DNA of 64,000 nt from an uncultured Gammaproteobacteria bacterium (GTDB lineage Bacteria > Patescibacteriota > Microgenomatia > JAMCZE01). Of this stretch, positions 14,901-21,971 are shown in pieces (the first letter of the stretch is position 1; each line of letters begins with the position of its first letter). Both the position numbers and the translations under genes were made by a program. Under the pieces are notes generated by a model. That model saw only the letters and a list, made by a program, of their open reading frames with translations. It was not told the origin of the DNA and searched no databases. The stretch covers positions 22,858-86,857 of the forward strand of contig CAZSSJ010000001.1 in the NCBI GenBank assembly GCA_964609775.1, in the 5' to 3' direction.

Positions 14901-17900
14901 TTATCCGGGGCCTCCAACAATTATGGAGTTTATGTTGCTGGTAATAATTCCTCGTATTTTGGCGGCAACGTCGGCATCGGGACGACGAGCCCGGTGGGAC
15001 TGCTGCATGTCCAGGGGGCGTGCGTGACGGGGGACACCTTGTTAAAAAGACGACGGAAGCGGAAGAGCAAATATGGTGATTGGGAGGAAGACTATTGGGA
15101 AGACATTAGAATTGATGAGATCGAGGCGGGAGACGAAATATTAACTTTTGACGAAACCACTGGCGGATTTACTGCTTCTCAGGTTAGGGAGCTTATGGAT
15201 ATGGGTAAAAAGACCACGTTTAAGTTGGTAACGGAGGGCGGAAAGGAAATTCGGACGACAGCGAACCATCCTTACTTGGTCAAGTCAGCCAATACGAGTA
15301 ATTTCTTCAATGAGACTTTTAAAGTTGTGGCAGAAATTGCCAGGGCCTATTACTTTGCCACTTTAACGTCCTGGGATCCGATTGCTCCGGCCCTGAATAA
15401 TGAGAGAATAAGTATTTCTGAGGAAGGATGGCATCATCTTCATCATAAAGCCAGAAGCAGGGGAGAAATGTTGACGAGGTATTTTGCACTTCCCAAAGCG
15501 GCCGCTCTTCTTGCCAGCAAAGAAGCTCGCGTGACTTATGAACCCGGTGGGGATGGGGTCTCCGAGTTTTGGTCCCTTTATGGAACAGTTGATGATGTTC
15601 AGGTTAAGGTGGTTGTCCGATCAGTCAATAAAGGTCCGAAGTACTTTTACTCTGTCATCTGGAAGAGCGAAGTTAAAGAAGACACTAAAAAAAGAGCTGC
15701 CTCCTGCTTGTATCCGCAGTGTGGGGGAGTGATTACCCCTCAGCTCTTTAATGAGAGGATTATAGACCAGATGAGTGACTTTGTCAAGAAACGAAAGAGA
15801 GACTACCAGCTGGGCTCGTATCTCTCTGGGGAAGATTCTACTACTAAGTGGGTGAAAGTCAAACAATTAAAGCCCGGGATGGAAATTGCCACGGTGGGCG
15901 GGGATGACCAGATTTCTTGGCAGAAGATCAAATCTATTGAAAAAATCGGGGAAGAACAAGTCTTCGACATCGAAGTGGAAAACACCCACAATTTTGTGGC
16001 CAATGGGATTGTGGCGCATAACACGACGGGGAAGGCCTTGGCGAATTTGAACTATACGGGGACGGATCAGGCGATTTTCACCGCTTCGCAGGGGGGAACG
16101 TTGAAGTTTGCTTTGAATGGGACGGGGACGGATTTTACCGCCAGCGTCGCCGGGACGACTTCGAAGGCGGCTCTCATTGTGGACAACACCGTCGGGGATT
16201 TGTTTACGGCCAGCTCCAGTGGCTTAAACAGATTCGTGATTACCCAGAATGGAAATGTGGGCATTGGAATGGCGACGCCTTCTGCTACATTGGAAGTTAG
16301 AAAAGGTCCAATTCCCTCAACATTTGATTCATCTCTTGCTCTCTATTCTGCTGGTCAGTTTGTCAACACGAACACTAACTGGTATGACACGGAATTAAAT
16401 TTACTTGATACTAGGGACCAAGCTGCAGGAGTTGGCGGAAGGCTTGCTTTCGGTGGCGTTTATAGACAAGTTGGGACTACCAATGTAACAACCTTTGCGG
16501 CGATTGGCGGTTATAAAGAGAATTCTACTAGTGGTGATTATGCTGGATATCTCTCGTTTGAAACCAGACCTAACGGTGGAATTTTTACTGAACAGATGAG
16601 AGTTTCTAGTGCTGGCAACGTCGGCATCGGGACGACGAGCCCGGTGGGACTGCTGCATGTTCAGGGGGCGTGCGTGACAGGGGATACTCTGATTCGAGTA
16701 AGACGGCGCAAGAAGAAGAAGAATGGCGAGTGGGAAGATGAATGGCTGGACGTTCCCATTAAAGATATTCAAGCTGGGGACGAAGTGGCCACTCTGGACG
16801 AAAAGACGGGAGAATTCATCGTCTCCAAGGTTAAACAATTAATGAACATGGGGAGAAAAGTGGTCTTTGAACTTTTGACTGAGTCAGGAAAAGTCGTTAA
16901 AACTACAGAAAATCATCCGTATTTGGTTGACCAATCAGGGAAACAAATGGTCTCTGATCTCAGTGCTATCCAGAAGGAAACTTATGAGTTTGCTGAGAAG
17001 TTAGGAAAGAAATACTATGTGAACAACTTGGCTGGCAGGAAGGTTAAGTCTAGGGCTTTGGGCGAATTTGTCGAGTTTAGTCATTCTGGCTGGAACCATT
17101 TTGTGGAGAAAAGCCATTCAATTAATGAACTTATTACTCGATTCTTTGCTTTGCCTCGGGTGGTTACAGTTATCAGATCTAGTCCCCATGTCACTTCATA
17201 TAACATAGTCGAGAAAAAAGACATGACGATTGAATATTGGGAGTTGCAGGAAATTATTGACCATGTTCTTGTTAAAGTTCTAGTCTGCGCTGTTGATGGT
17301 GGACCGAAGTTTTTCTTGACGTGCACTTGGCTCGGGACAAAAGAGAATGAAGGGGTCAAACCAACTAAAAAAGAGCTGTCTCTCTCGCCTAGATCCCGCG
17401 AAATGCAGGACCAGTTGGGTCGACGTCGGGAACTGGTTATCCCTCAGCTCTTTAGTAGGGTGATTATACCAAAGAAAGTCAAGTGGGTCAAGGTCAAGGA
17501 TTTGACTGTAGGTGTGACTATTGCTACCAAAGATGGCTGGGAGAAAGTAGTTTCCATTAAAAAATTGGATGAACAACAAGTTTATGACATTGAAGTGGAA
17601 AACACCCACAATTTCGTGGCCAATGGGATCGTGGCGCATAACACGACGGGCAAGGCCTTGGTGGATCTGAACACCACCGGAGATCAGGCGGTCTTTACGG
17701 CTTCAGTTTCTGGAACGACGAAATTTGTGATTAACAATTCGGGGCAGGTGGGAGTAGGGACGGGGGCAAACAACAATACCCTTTTGGCGGATGTGGATTT
17801 GCGGACGCTGACAAACACTGTACCGGTGGCTTCAATTTCCGGAAGCACCGGAGTGGCAGCATTGGTGGTGGACAATGTTTCCGGCGATGTGTTTACGGCG

Positions 17901-20900
17901 TCAACTTCGGGATTGAGCCGGTTTGTGATTGACAAGAACGGAAATGTGGGGATCGGGAGTTCGGCTCCAGGATACAAACTGGATGTTTCGGGAACGGCTC
18001 ATGTCACCGGAGCAGTCACTTTAGATACGGCCCTGACGGTGGCCAATGGGGGGACGGGAGCCCAGACATTCACAGACAACGGCGTGCTCTTTGGCAACCT
18101 GACGGCCGCCATTGGAGCGACGGCCGAAGGAGCGACCGGGCAGTGCCTCATCGGGAACACCGGGAGCGCGCCATCATGGTCAGCATGTACCACGGCCTCA
18201 GGGCAGTTGTGGCAGGAAGCTTTGGGAGTGGTCGCGCCGCTGAACATCACGGATTCCCTGATTATTGGGAAGATCGCGACACCCAGCGGGGCCATTACCT
18301 CGGGCAGCATGCAGATTTACGGGGTGAACAACCTGACCCCGGTCGCCTCTATTTCGGGGGTCAGTGCGGTGGCGGCGCTCATCGTGGACAACACCGGCGG
18401 GGATGTCTTCACGGCCAGCACTTCGGGACTGACCAGATTTGTGATTGACAAGAACGGCAACGTCGGGATTGGGACAACGAGCCCGGATTATCCACTTGTA
18501 GTAGTAGGGACAGCTTCTGACGGAACACGGACACTTGAGGTAAAAAATTCAGTTGCTGGTAGTATATCTAATTTCCAAGTAACAGGTGATGGTGTCAACG
18601 CTCGCCTTATGGCGTTGTCTAGTTCGTATTCATCATCCGGGGCTTATGCTGCTGATACAGTTGTCTTAGACGACGATCAGGGTTACGCTGCTGGCCTTAC
18701 ACTACTTGCCCGTAATTCAAGTGGGTATATCCGAATGTTTACAGGCGGTTTTGATGACGGAAATGAGCGTCTGAGAATTAACAGCACTGGCAACGTCGGC
18801 ATCGGGACGACGAGTCCGGTGGGACTGCTGCATGTTCAGGGACAATGCGTCATTGCCGGAACAAAAATTAAAAGAAGAAAGAAGAAAGAAAAAAGAAGAA
18901 AGCAAGACACTGCCGGAACGGGGCCGGATCCGGTCGGCGATTGGGACTATGAAGATGTTCCCATCGAACAGATCGAACCGGATGATGAGATTCTTTCCCT
19001 AAACCAGGAAAAGGGCCAGTTTGAGTGGCACAAGGTGGAACAAACCATGAATAAAGGACTCCTGCCGGCCTTGGCTCTGACAACTTCTACTGGAAAGAGA
19101 ATTGTCACGACGGCAAAACATCCATATTTGGCGATCGATCGGCCGGAAACTACTCAAGGGACTTTTGAGGTGGATCAATCAATCAAGATCGAGAATTTGG
19201 GGGCGGCAAGCATTATAGGGTTTGCCCTGGGGAAACTAGCTTTTGCCGTTAAGCTGCCGCAGAAGGATAAGAAGATTATTCTCGCTCGTTATCAGAAGAA
19301 GAACCAAAAAGATGTTTTTGCCCATGAGACTTTTGCCCGATGTGTGGTTGCCGCCTTTAAGATTGCCCGGATTTATCCAGCGAGAATTGCTCTCGATGAA
19401 GAATACACCAGTTACTTCCGAAGAATCGAGAGCGTTATTAAGGAAAGTTTCCCTGACAGCGAGATTTTTCAAACCAACCTTAAGGATGGTTCCGCCGCCC
19501 ACAAAAAGGTCTGGGCTGTTAATAGGGGAATTTTAAGAGAGGATGCTGTTCTAAGTTTGGAATCGGGAGAATTAAAAGAAAGGCCGGGGGTTAAATCAAC
19601 CTTCAGAATGCCTTTGCCCCTGGTTGGTTACAGGGGGACCAGTCATCCACACGGCCTTTACTATGGAGAATTCTACTCCACGGAGCGGGAATTGTCAAGA
19701 GCAAAGTGGGTTAAGGCCGCGGAGGTTAGGAAAGGGATGTGTGTGGCGACGGAGGATGGTTTTGAGAAGGTCACAGGGATTTCCGATGCGGGGCAGGTGG
19801 CGATGTATGATCTGCAAATTGCCAACACTCACAATTTTGTGGCCAATGGGATTGTGGCGCATAACACGACGGGGAAGGCCCTGGTGGATCTGAACACCAC
19901 CGGGGACCAGGCGGTGTTCACCGCCAGTGTTTCCGGAAACACCAAGTTTGTGATTAACAATTCAGGACAGGTGGGAGTGGGAACCGGAGCAAACAACAAC
20001 ACGCTGCTGGCCGATGTGGATTTGCGGACGCTGACAAACACGGTTCCGGTGGCTTCAATTGCCGGGAGCACGGGGGTGGCGGCTCTGGTTGTGGACAATA
20101 CAGCCGGGGATCTTTTCACCGCCTCGTCAAGTGGGCTATCAAGATTTGTGATTGACAAGAACGGGAATGTGGGGATTGGGACGGCGGCGCCGACGGCTCT
20201 GGTGTCTTTAGCTAACTCGAACTATACGACGCAAAACATGTTGAACGTGGCGGGGACGTCGACAGGGTTGACGACCGGGTCACTGGCGAGTTTTGACTGG
20301 AGTCCGACGGACTGGTCGACCTCGAGCGGGAATTTGGTGAATATTAATCTTGGCAGTTTGGCCGACACGACGGGAAACATCTTTAATATTTCCGATGACG
20401 GCAGCTCGATCTTCTCGGTTTCGCCGCAGCAGATTGTCAACTCGTTGCCAACGTCATTTAATGCCGCCGGAGATGTGGCGATTGCCTATGACATTAATTT
20501 CACCAATCCGACGGCATCATACATTAAATCTGCTGCACCCATGTATTTGCAGGCAGGGGAGCTATTTAATTCCTCGGATTTGACGTTGAAGACCTTTAAC
20601 AAAGGCTTGATTGTTCTGGATCCAGATGAAGCGGTCACAATTGATGGGGCGGCTTCTGTGTCGGGGCAGCTCATGGTCGGCAGTACGACAGCGGCGCCGG
20701 CGCAGTTTGGCAAGTTCTATGTGACGGACTCTAACACGGCCACTTCTTCAGCCTTCATTGAAAACACTAACACAGCTGCAGCAATTTCGGGTTTGGTCAT
20801 TAAGCTGGGGAGTACGACCCTGGACACCACCTCGCATTTTGTTAATTTTCTTGATTTGAACGGCAAGATGATTGGCAACATTCGGGCAGCTAACACGACA

Positions 20901-21923
20901 ACGGTTGCTTATCAGACAAGCGGAATTGCGGATTTTGGGGAATGGATGAAAGTTTCTTCGGATTTGACTAATTTGTCTAATTGGACCAATTTGGTTTCTC
21001 CGGGGACGATTGTTTGTCAAAGCGCGGATGGGGTGGAGCCCTGCGAGGCGAGTGAGTCGGCGAGGATGGCGGGGGTGACTTCTGACACGACGGCGTTTTT
21101 GGGAGGAGAGGAGAAAGACGGAAGCGTGGTTGTCGGAATGTTGGGACAAATTCGAGTGAAGATCGCAACGGACTCAGCGCAAATTGAGCCGGGTGACGCG
21201 ATTGGGGTGGCGATCGCCGGTTTGGGAAAGAAAATTACGTCACGGGGATATGTGGTCGGCCGGGCGATGGAATCATGGTCCTCCGGACAAGAGAAAGTCT
21301 TAGTTTATGTCAACCCCGGTTACTTTGAGGGCCCCGAGTCGCAGCTGGCGTCGAAACTCTCGGTGGATGAGATTCAGGAACAGGTGGCGTCGATCAGTGC
21401 AAATTTGACTAATTTGTCTAATTGGTCCAATTTGAACAGCGACGAATTTGCGACGGTTTCGGGAAACCTGAAAGTTTTGGGAATGACGGAGCTTTCCAAC
21501 ACGACGATTGGCGGGTCGCTCACTGTGGGACTGGTCCATGTTGATGATTTGCTGGGCGATGTTTCCGGTTTGAATGGGAGTTTGAGTTTGCAAAACGGGA
21601 TGCTGACAATTAGTCAAATTGGACAAATTGGTCAAATTGGGGTTAACGGCGATTTGACAGTTTCCGGGGAGTTGACGGCGAAGAAGATTAACGTGCCGAC
21701 GGGAGTGGCTGGGGCCTCGGCGGGCAAGGCGACGATTCTTGCTGGACAAAGCGAAATTGAGATTACGACCAGCGCGCTTAGTGCTAATTCCTTGATTTTT
21801 GCGACACCGGAAGACGTGCCGGTGGCCGTCTCGACGACCAAGACAGCGACAGACAAGTTTAAGATCAAACTGGACTCCCCTGCGGGGGCAAACATCAAAA
21901 TTAATTGGTGGATAATCAATTAG
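5946..21923 (+). CDS. Giant (5325-aa precursor) repeat-rich putative surface/adhesin-like protein hosting six inteins. N-terminal MerR/excisionase-type HTH segment followed by a predicted TM helix; the body is made of about 50-aa repeats (GDLFTASSSGLNRFVITQNGNVGIGTT.P).
   Basis: One uninterrupted 15,978-nt frame; highly iterated Gly/Thr/Ser-rich repeat; intein blocks A (C[VI]TGDTLI), B (T.EHPYL), F/G (YD[IL].VENTHNF[VL]ANGIVAHN) six times; ends in TAG. Confidence 0.85.
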   Translation: MDRNKAKGKYKKLLKIGEAAAVLGVSIDTLRRWDQEGKLSSIKTPGGTRYYSLGDLRKINPEVGEIIKTEKQERAFDLTALSEEARREYLESPIGSRGGQLARPGQSKRISGVSYPSQVAKEAEAGLRARKLALGAALAAVVIGLVATGVVALRGTGLFRGDLVKTGSEREGAGEVLAITAGKSFLEIGAETVFKDRVDFGGSADGFSVFGGDTVSRRLTVTGADVALDQSLTASSSPTFASLKLSGTSDQIVVGGNGTLTWTPTAARTVTFPDATGTVVLDTATQTLSNKSLSGSSNTFTNIPNSALSNSKITINAGTNLGGGGDVSLGSSVTIDLDDAISLTSATFSGTLGVGGTASVGGQIILDGATAEINATNNRPLDLGFENTGAVRFLNSTNYVDSNNNLYINGVLVAGPTTQGYWQRNSGALAPTNITDSLVVGGTATASGKFQVYGLSALNPVASISGSSSKAAFIVDNTVGDLFTASSSGLNRFVITQNGNVGIGTSAPAYKLDVNGSTNIANGLTIAAGNLTLTGSQSIDATGILSIGTSNQTSLLIGRVGAPTTIYGSSVTISSSTFSSNAATISGTLGVGGEASFSAKIILDSPTSEINATNRRYLDLGFMNTGGVRFLNDTNYITPSGDLYLAGSLISSGTQAGFWQRPASTGALAPINITDSLLIGGTATSSAKFQVYGLSALNPVASISASSAVAGLMVDNTVGDLFTASSSGLNRFVITQNGNVGIGTTAPVGLLDVAATAPFVITSAGQVGIGTTSPVGLLHVQGACVTGDTLIRVRRRKKKKNGDWEDEWLDLPIKQLKAGDEVMTLDERTGEFTTSVVRELMDKGIKTTFKLMTADGKSIRTTAEHPYLVQESGSPDSNFLSGLTFASVKKISQDYYFTVLSGRKVAVKALDGEIVHFTSEGFSHITHEKKSEFEIMTRLFALSKVLTVLETGVKVSQKDRKIVNGKVNDYWTLEEVVEGVLTKVVVRSIEDGPKQFLSVVWKDKTPEATKNVGDVASRILQRRGRMVTSQRRAHEKFYTTILADLSRGVWGYRGISLAQDLVSKKKWVKVRFLKPGMEIATFGPDGRISWQKIESIEKVGEEQVYDIEVENTHNFVAGHYIDNTNQRALISQEGEILLRYLSFEQKEAEEQGDHDQSKTNLETIEKFCQVNHDFLLQLSKITADSRQIVAEPILPVNTQASLMAKSPKSSPAAKSINKEEKILRTETLIEESIEKVENLVNRYRKGEIRFGGIVAHNTTGKALVDLNYTGTDQAILTASVSGTTKFVINNSGQVGVGTGANNNTLLADVDLRTLTNTVPVASIAGSTGVAALVVDNVSGDLFTASSSGLSRFVIDRGGNVGISSTAPSQKLDVVGAVRLGANGGANDILNTTVGGSAPSGVLYWGNRTLCDTSGNCSGVGGIVAGSGVQYYISKWTDASGTTIGDSLLYDPGTSVGLNTTSPAAIFDIRGTQGTSALSGTLPVASISGKTSFAAVVVNNDSTVGDLFTASASGLSRFVITNTGNVGIGTALPAQLLSVAGAIQLGSGLGANDVLNTAAAGGVPSGLLYWGSREVCDASGNCAGVGGQVQGTGTQNYITKWNNAGGTAIGDSLLYDSGSAVGLGTTSPLGTLHVVGQCVVSGTRIRRRRRRRGYGARGAEEWVEEEVPIEEIEPDDEIVSLNVEKGRFEWHKVEKTLNKGLLAGMALSTSTGKRIVTTGKHPYLMIDKPEITQGTFEVDQSIKVEDLGKATIVGFALGKLAFAVKLRQQDKKLIRSGFQKAGKEDLFAPLTFANVVVNLFRAAQIYPARIALDEEYTGFFGEIKDIIKKSFPDAEVFETNLKDSSAAHQRVWAVNKGRAKEDVLLVLEGGELKERPGVKSTLSGRPLPLNGYRGTSQPIGLYYGEFYHRGANLSTPSTSSGLIARKTELSRARWAKAGDIRVGQYVATEDGFEKVTGISDAGRVLMYDLSVANTHNFLANGIVAHNTGTMAIATVSGATSFAALTVDNSGVGDLFTASSSGLNRFVITQNGNVGIGTTAPVGLLDVAATAPFVITSAGQVGIGTTSPVGLLHVQGACVTGDTLLKRRRKKWRTRRSAPTEMGPDPEGDAESTKKSAYADLVNQIGLLNGWLDTLTGNISDGDEIVKDQMGMDLPGVEPGRLGVSSQPSKPARPMPMNSIADDGDYYWEDVRIDEIEAGDEVMTLDEKSGEFVASTVKQLMVMGNKKIIKLTTESGKTIRTTEKHPYLVKVKGENQKTAFAFIDETGITLDPGQHHLGVGALNKKEDGALKDTFCQGGGKVFWRQVSTLKPGMLIATVDGFEKIIRIEELPEEMVYDIEVENTHNFVAGHYVDQASQTALKAEEEKFLCLYQQNTLTREFSLFDLTEENPSQKKGNKPQSNSYPGSDIKLIQSGDHMFSNSQSSNLMAIQLQSVAKMRFAVKAKMGLDEANDAKAPNMNPVDRFESIDETTLTWLGRILKENSINLTLDEALCLINKYESGEIVYGGIVAHNTTGKALANLNYTGTDQAIFTASQGGVLKFSLNGIGTEHTASVAGTTSKAALIVDNTIGDLFTASSSGLARFVITQSGNVGIGSAAPSVALDVTGAGKTSGAFTVGNNLTVTAGGLTVTAGNIALTGSQTIDGTGTLTIGGTSQTSLALGRSGAQTTISGGPVVVNGASFASAGTTTFTGGNVGIGTTTVTDFALEMGGSIGPVTTDQYDLGSAALEWNNLYVKNIISTGTTAGFWQRASGVLAPQNITDSLIIGGTATSSGKFQVYGLSALNPVASISGSSAVAALMVDNTVGDLFTASSSGLNRFVITQNGNVGIGSTVPVSRLDTGGGTISLNGGWLSNDGGAEGVFVKTDGNVGIGTSAPAYRLDVVHTTPTAANGSVSPDQIGLRVNRAHYVGTPGPYPNAVYGVLGQGQAGQGSASVSYSNTVGARGVAGQAIVNVTGGASVTGASSLYALNATITAGTLSNQYGLYVESLSGASNNYGVYVAGNNSSYFGGNVGIGTTSPVGLLHVQGACVTGDTLLKRRRKRKSKYGDWEEDYWEDIRIDEIEAGDEILTFDETTGGFTASQVRELMDMGKKTTFKLVTEGGKEIRTTANHPYLVKSANTSNFFNETFKVVAEIARAYYFATLTSWDPIAPALNNERISISEEGWHHLHHKARSRGEMLTRYFALPKAAALLASKEARVTYEPGGDGVSEFWSLYGTVDDVQVKVVVRSVNKGPKYFYSVIWKSEVKEDTKKRAASCLYPQCGGVITPQLFNERIIDQMSDFVKKRKRDYQLGSYLSGEDSTTKWVKVKQLKPGMEIATVGGDDQISWQKIKSIEKIGEEQVFDIEVENTHNFVANGIVAHNTTGKALANLNYTGTDQAIFTASQGGTLKFALNGTGTDFTASVAGTTSKAALIVDNTVGDLFTASSSGLNRFVITQNGNVGIGMATPSATLEVRKGPIPSTFDSSLALYSAGQFVNTNTNWYDTELNLLDTRDQAAGVGGRLAFGGVYRQVGTTNVTTFAAIGGYKENSTSGDYAGYLSFETRPNGGIFTEQMRVSSAGNVGIGTTSPVGLLHVQGACVTGDTLIRVRRRKKKKNGEWEDEWLDVPIKDIQAGDEVATLDEKTGEFIVSKVKQLMNMGRKVVFELLTESGKVVKTTENHPYLVDQSGKQMVSDLSAIQKETYEFAEKLGKKYYVNNLAGRKVKSRALGEFVEFSHSGWNHFVEKSHSINELITRFFALPRVVTVIRSSPHVTSYNIVEKKDMTIEYWELQEIIDHVLVKVLVCAVDGGPKFFLTCTWLGTKENEGVKPTKKELSLSPRSREMQDQLGRRRELVIPQLFSRVIIPKKVKWVKVKDLTVGVTIATKDGWEKVVSIKKLDEQQVYDIEVENTHNFVANGIVAHNTTGKALVDLNTTGDQAVFTASVSGTTKFVINNSGQVGVGTGANNNTLLADVDLRTLTNTVPVASISGSTGVAALVVDNVSGDVFTASTSGLSRFVIDKNGNVGIGSSAPGYKLDVSGTAHVTGAVTLDTALTVANGGTGAQTFTDNGVLFGNLTAAIGATAEGATGQCLIGNTGSAPSWSACTTASGQLWQEALGVVAPLNITDSLIIGKIATPSGAITSGSMQIYGVNNLTPVASISGVSAVAALIVDNTGGDVFTASTSGLTRFVIDKNGNVGIGTTSPDYPLVVVGTASDGTRTLEVKNSVAGSISNFQVTGDGVNARLMALSSSYSSSGAYAADTVVLDDDQGYAAGLTLLARNSSGYIRMFTGGFDDGNERLRINSTGNVGIGTTSPVGLLHVQGQCVIAGTKIKRRKKKEKRRKQDTAGTGPDPVGDWDYEDVPIEQIEPDDEILSLNQEKGQFEWHKVEQTMNKGLLPALALTTSTGKRIVTTAKHPYLAIDRPETTQGTFEVDQSIKIENLGAASIIGFALGKLAFAVKLPQKDKKIILARYQKKNQKDVFAHETFARCVVAAFKIARIYPARIALDEEYTSYFRRIESVIKESFPDSEIFQTNLKDGSAAHKKVWAVNRGILREDAVLSLESGELKERPGVKSTFRMPLPLVGYRGTSHPHGLYYGEFYSTERELSRAKWVKAAEVRKGMCVATEDGFEKVTGISDAGQVAMYDLQIANTHNFVANGIVAHNTTGKALVDLNTTGDQAVFTASVSGNTKFVINNSGQVGVGTGANNNTLLADVDLRTLTNTVPVASIAGSTGVAALVVDNTAGDLFTASSSGLSRFVIDKNGNVGIGTAAPTALVSLANSNYTTQNMLNVAGTSTGLTTGSLASFDWSPTDWSTSSGNLVNINLGSLADTTGNIFNISDDGSSIFSVSPQQIVNSLPTSFNAAGDVAIAYDINFTNPTASYIKSAAPMYLQAGELFNSSDLTLKTFNKGLIVLDPDEAVTIDGAASVSGQLMVGSTTAAPAQFGKFYVTDSNTATSSAFIENTNTAAAISGLVIKLGSTTLDTTSHFVNFLDLNGKMIGNIRAANTTTVAYQTSGIADFGEWMKVSSDLTNLSNWTNLVSPGTIVCQSADGVEPCEASESARMAGVTSDTTAFLGGEEKDGSVVVGMLGQIRVKIATDSAQIEPGDAIGVAIAGLGKKITSRGYVVGRAMESWSSGQEKVLVYVNPGYFEGPESQLASKLSVDEIQEQVASISANLTNLSNWSNLNSDEFATVSGNLKVLGMTELSNTTIGGSLTVGLVHVDDLLGDVSGLNGSLSLQNGMLTISQIGQIGQIGVNGDLTVSGELTAKKINVPTGVAGASAGKATILAGQSEIEITTSALSANSLIFATPEDVPVAVSTTKTATDKFKIKLDSPAGANIKINWWIIN
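8295..9716 (+). mobile_element. Intein 1 (474 aa) in the giant protein. It has a long internal uncharacterized domain and about 140 aa inserted between block F (NTHNFVAGHY) and the terminal GGIVAHN.
   Basis: Starts with Cys of ...HVQGA|CVTGDTLIRVRRRKKKK, contains TTAEHPYLV, ends ...GGIVAHN|TTGKAL. Frame verified against the host ORF. Confidence 0.8.
10854..11900 (+). mobile_element. Intein 2 (349 aa); second subfamily (CVVSGTRI...EWHKVE...; internal domain with IYPARIALDEEYT)
   Basis: ...HVVGQ|CVVSGTRIRRRRRRRG...GKHPYLM...YDLSVANTHNFLANGIVAHN|TG. Confidence 0.8.
12171..13475 (+). mobile_element. Intein 3 (435 aa); same subfamily as intein 1, including the insertion before GGIVAHN.
   Basis: ...HVQGA|CVTGDTLLKRRRKKW...TEKHPYLV...YDIEVENTHNFVAGHYVD...YGGIVAHN|TTGKAL. 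Confidence 0.8.
15021..16022 (+). mobile_element. Intein 4 (334 aa)
   Basis: ...HVQGA|CVTGDTLLKRRRKRKSKYGDWEED...TANHPYLV...FDIEVENTHNFVANGIVAHN|TTGKAL. Confidence 0.85.
16671..17642 (+). mobile_element. Intein 5 (324 aa)
   Basis: ...HVQGA|CVTGDTLIRVRRRKKKKNGEWEDEW...TENHPYLV...YDIEVENTHNFVANGIVAHN|TTGKAL. Confidence 0.85.
18846..19865 (+). mobile_element. Intein 6 (340 aa); same subfamily as intein 2.
   Basis: ...HVQGQ|CVIAGTKIKRRKKKEKRRK...AKHPYLA...YDLQIANTHNFVANGIVAHN|TTGKAL. Confidence 0.8.
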
Positions 21924-21971
21924 GCTGGCTTGCCCTGAGCTTGTCGAAGGGTGGATTGTGAATTAACGAAA

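Noticed and set aside
6296-21919. Numerous 60-180-aa ORFs on the minus strand and in alternative plus frames inside the giant gene (e.g. 11771..12280, 13541..14074, 10235..10531)
   Set aside because: These are artefacts of the GC-rich repetitive coding sequence; their Pro/Thr/Val-rich low-complexity translations mirror the sense-strand repeats.
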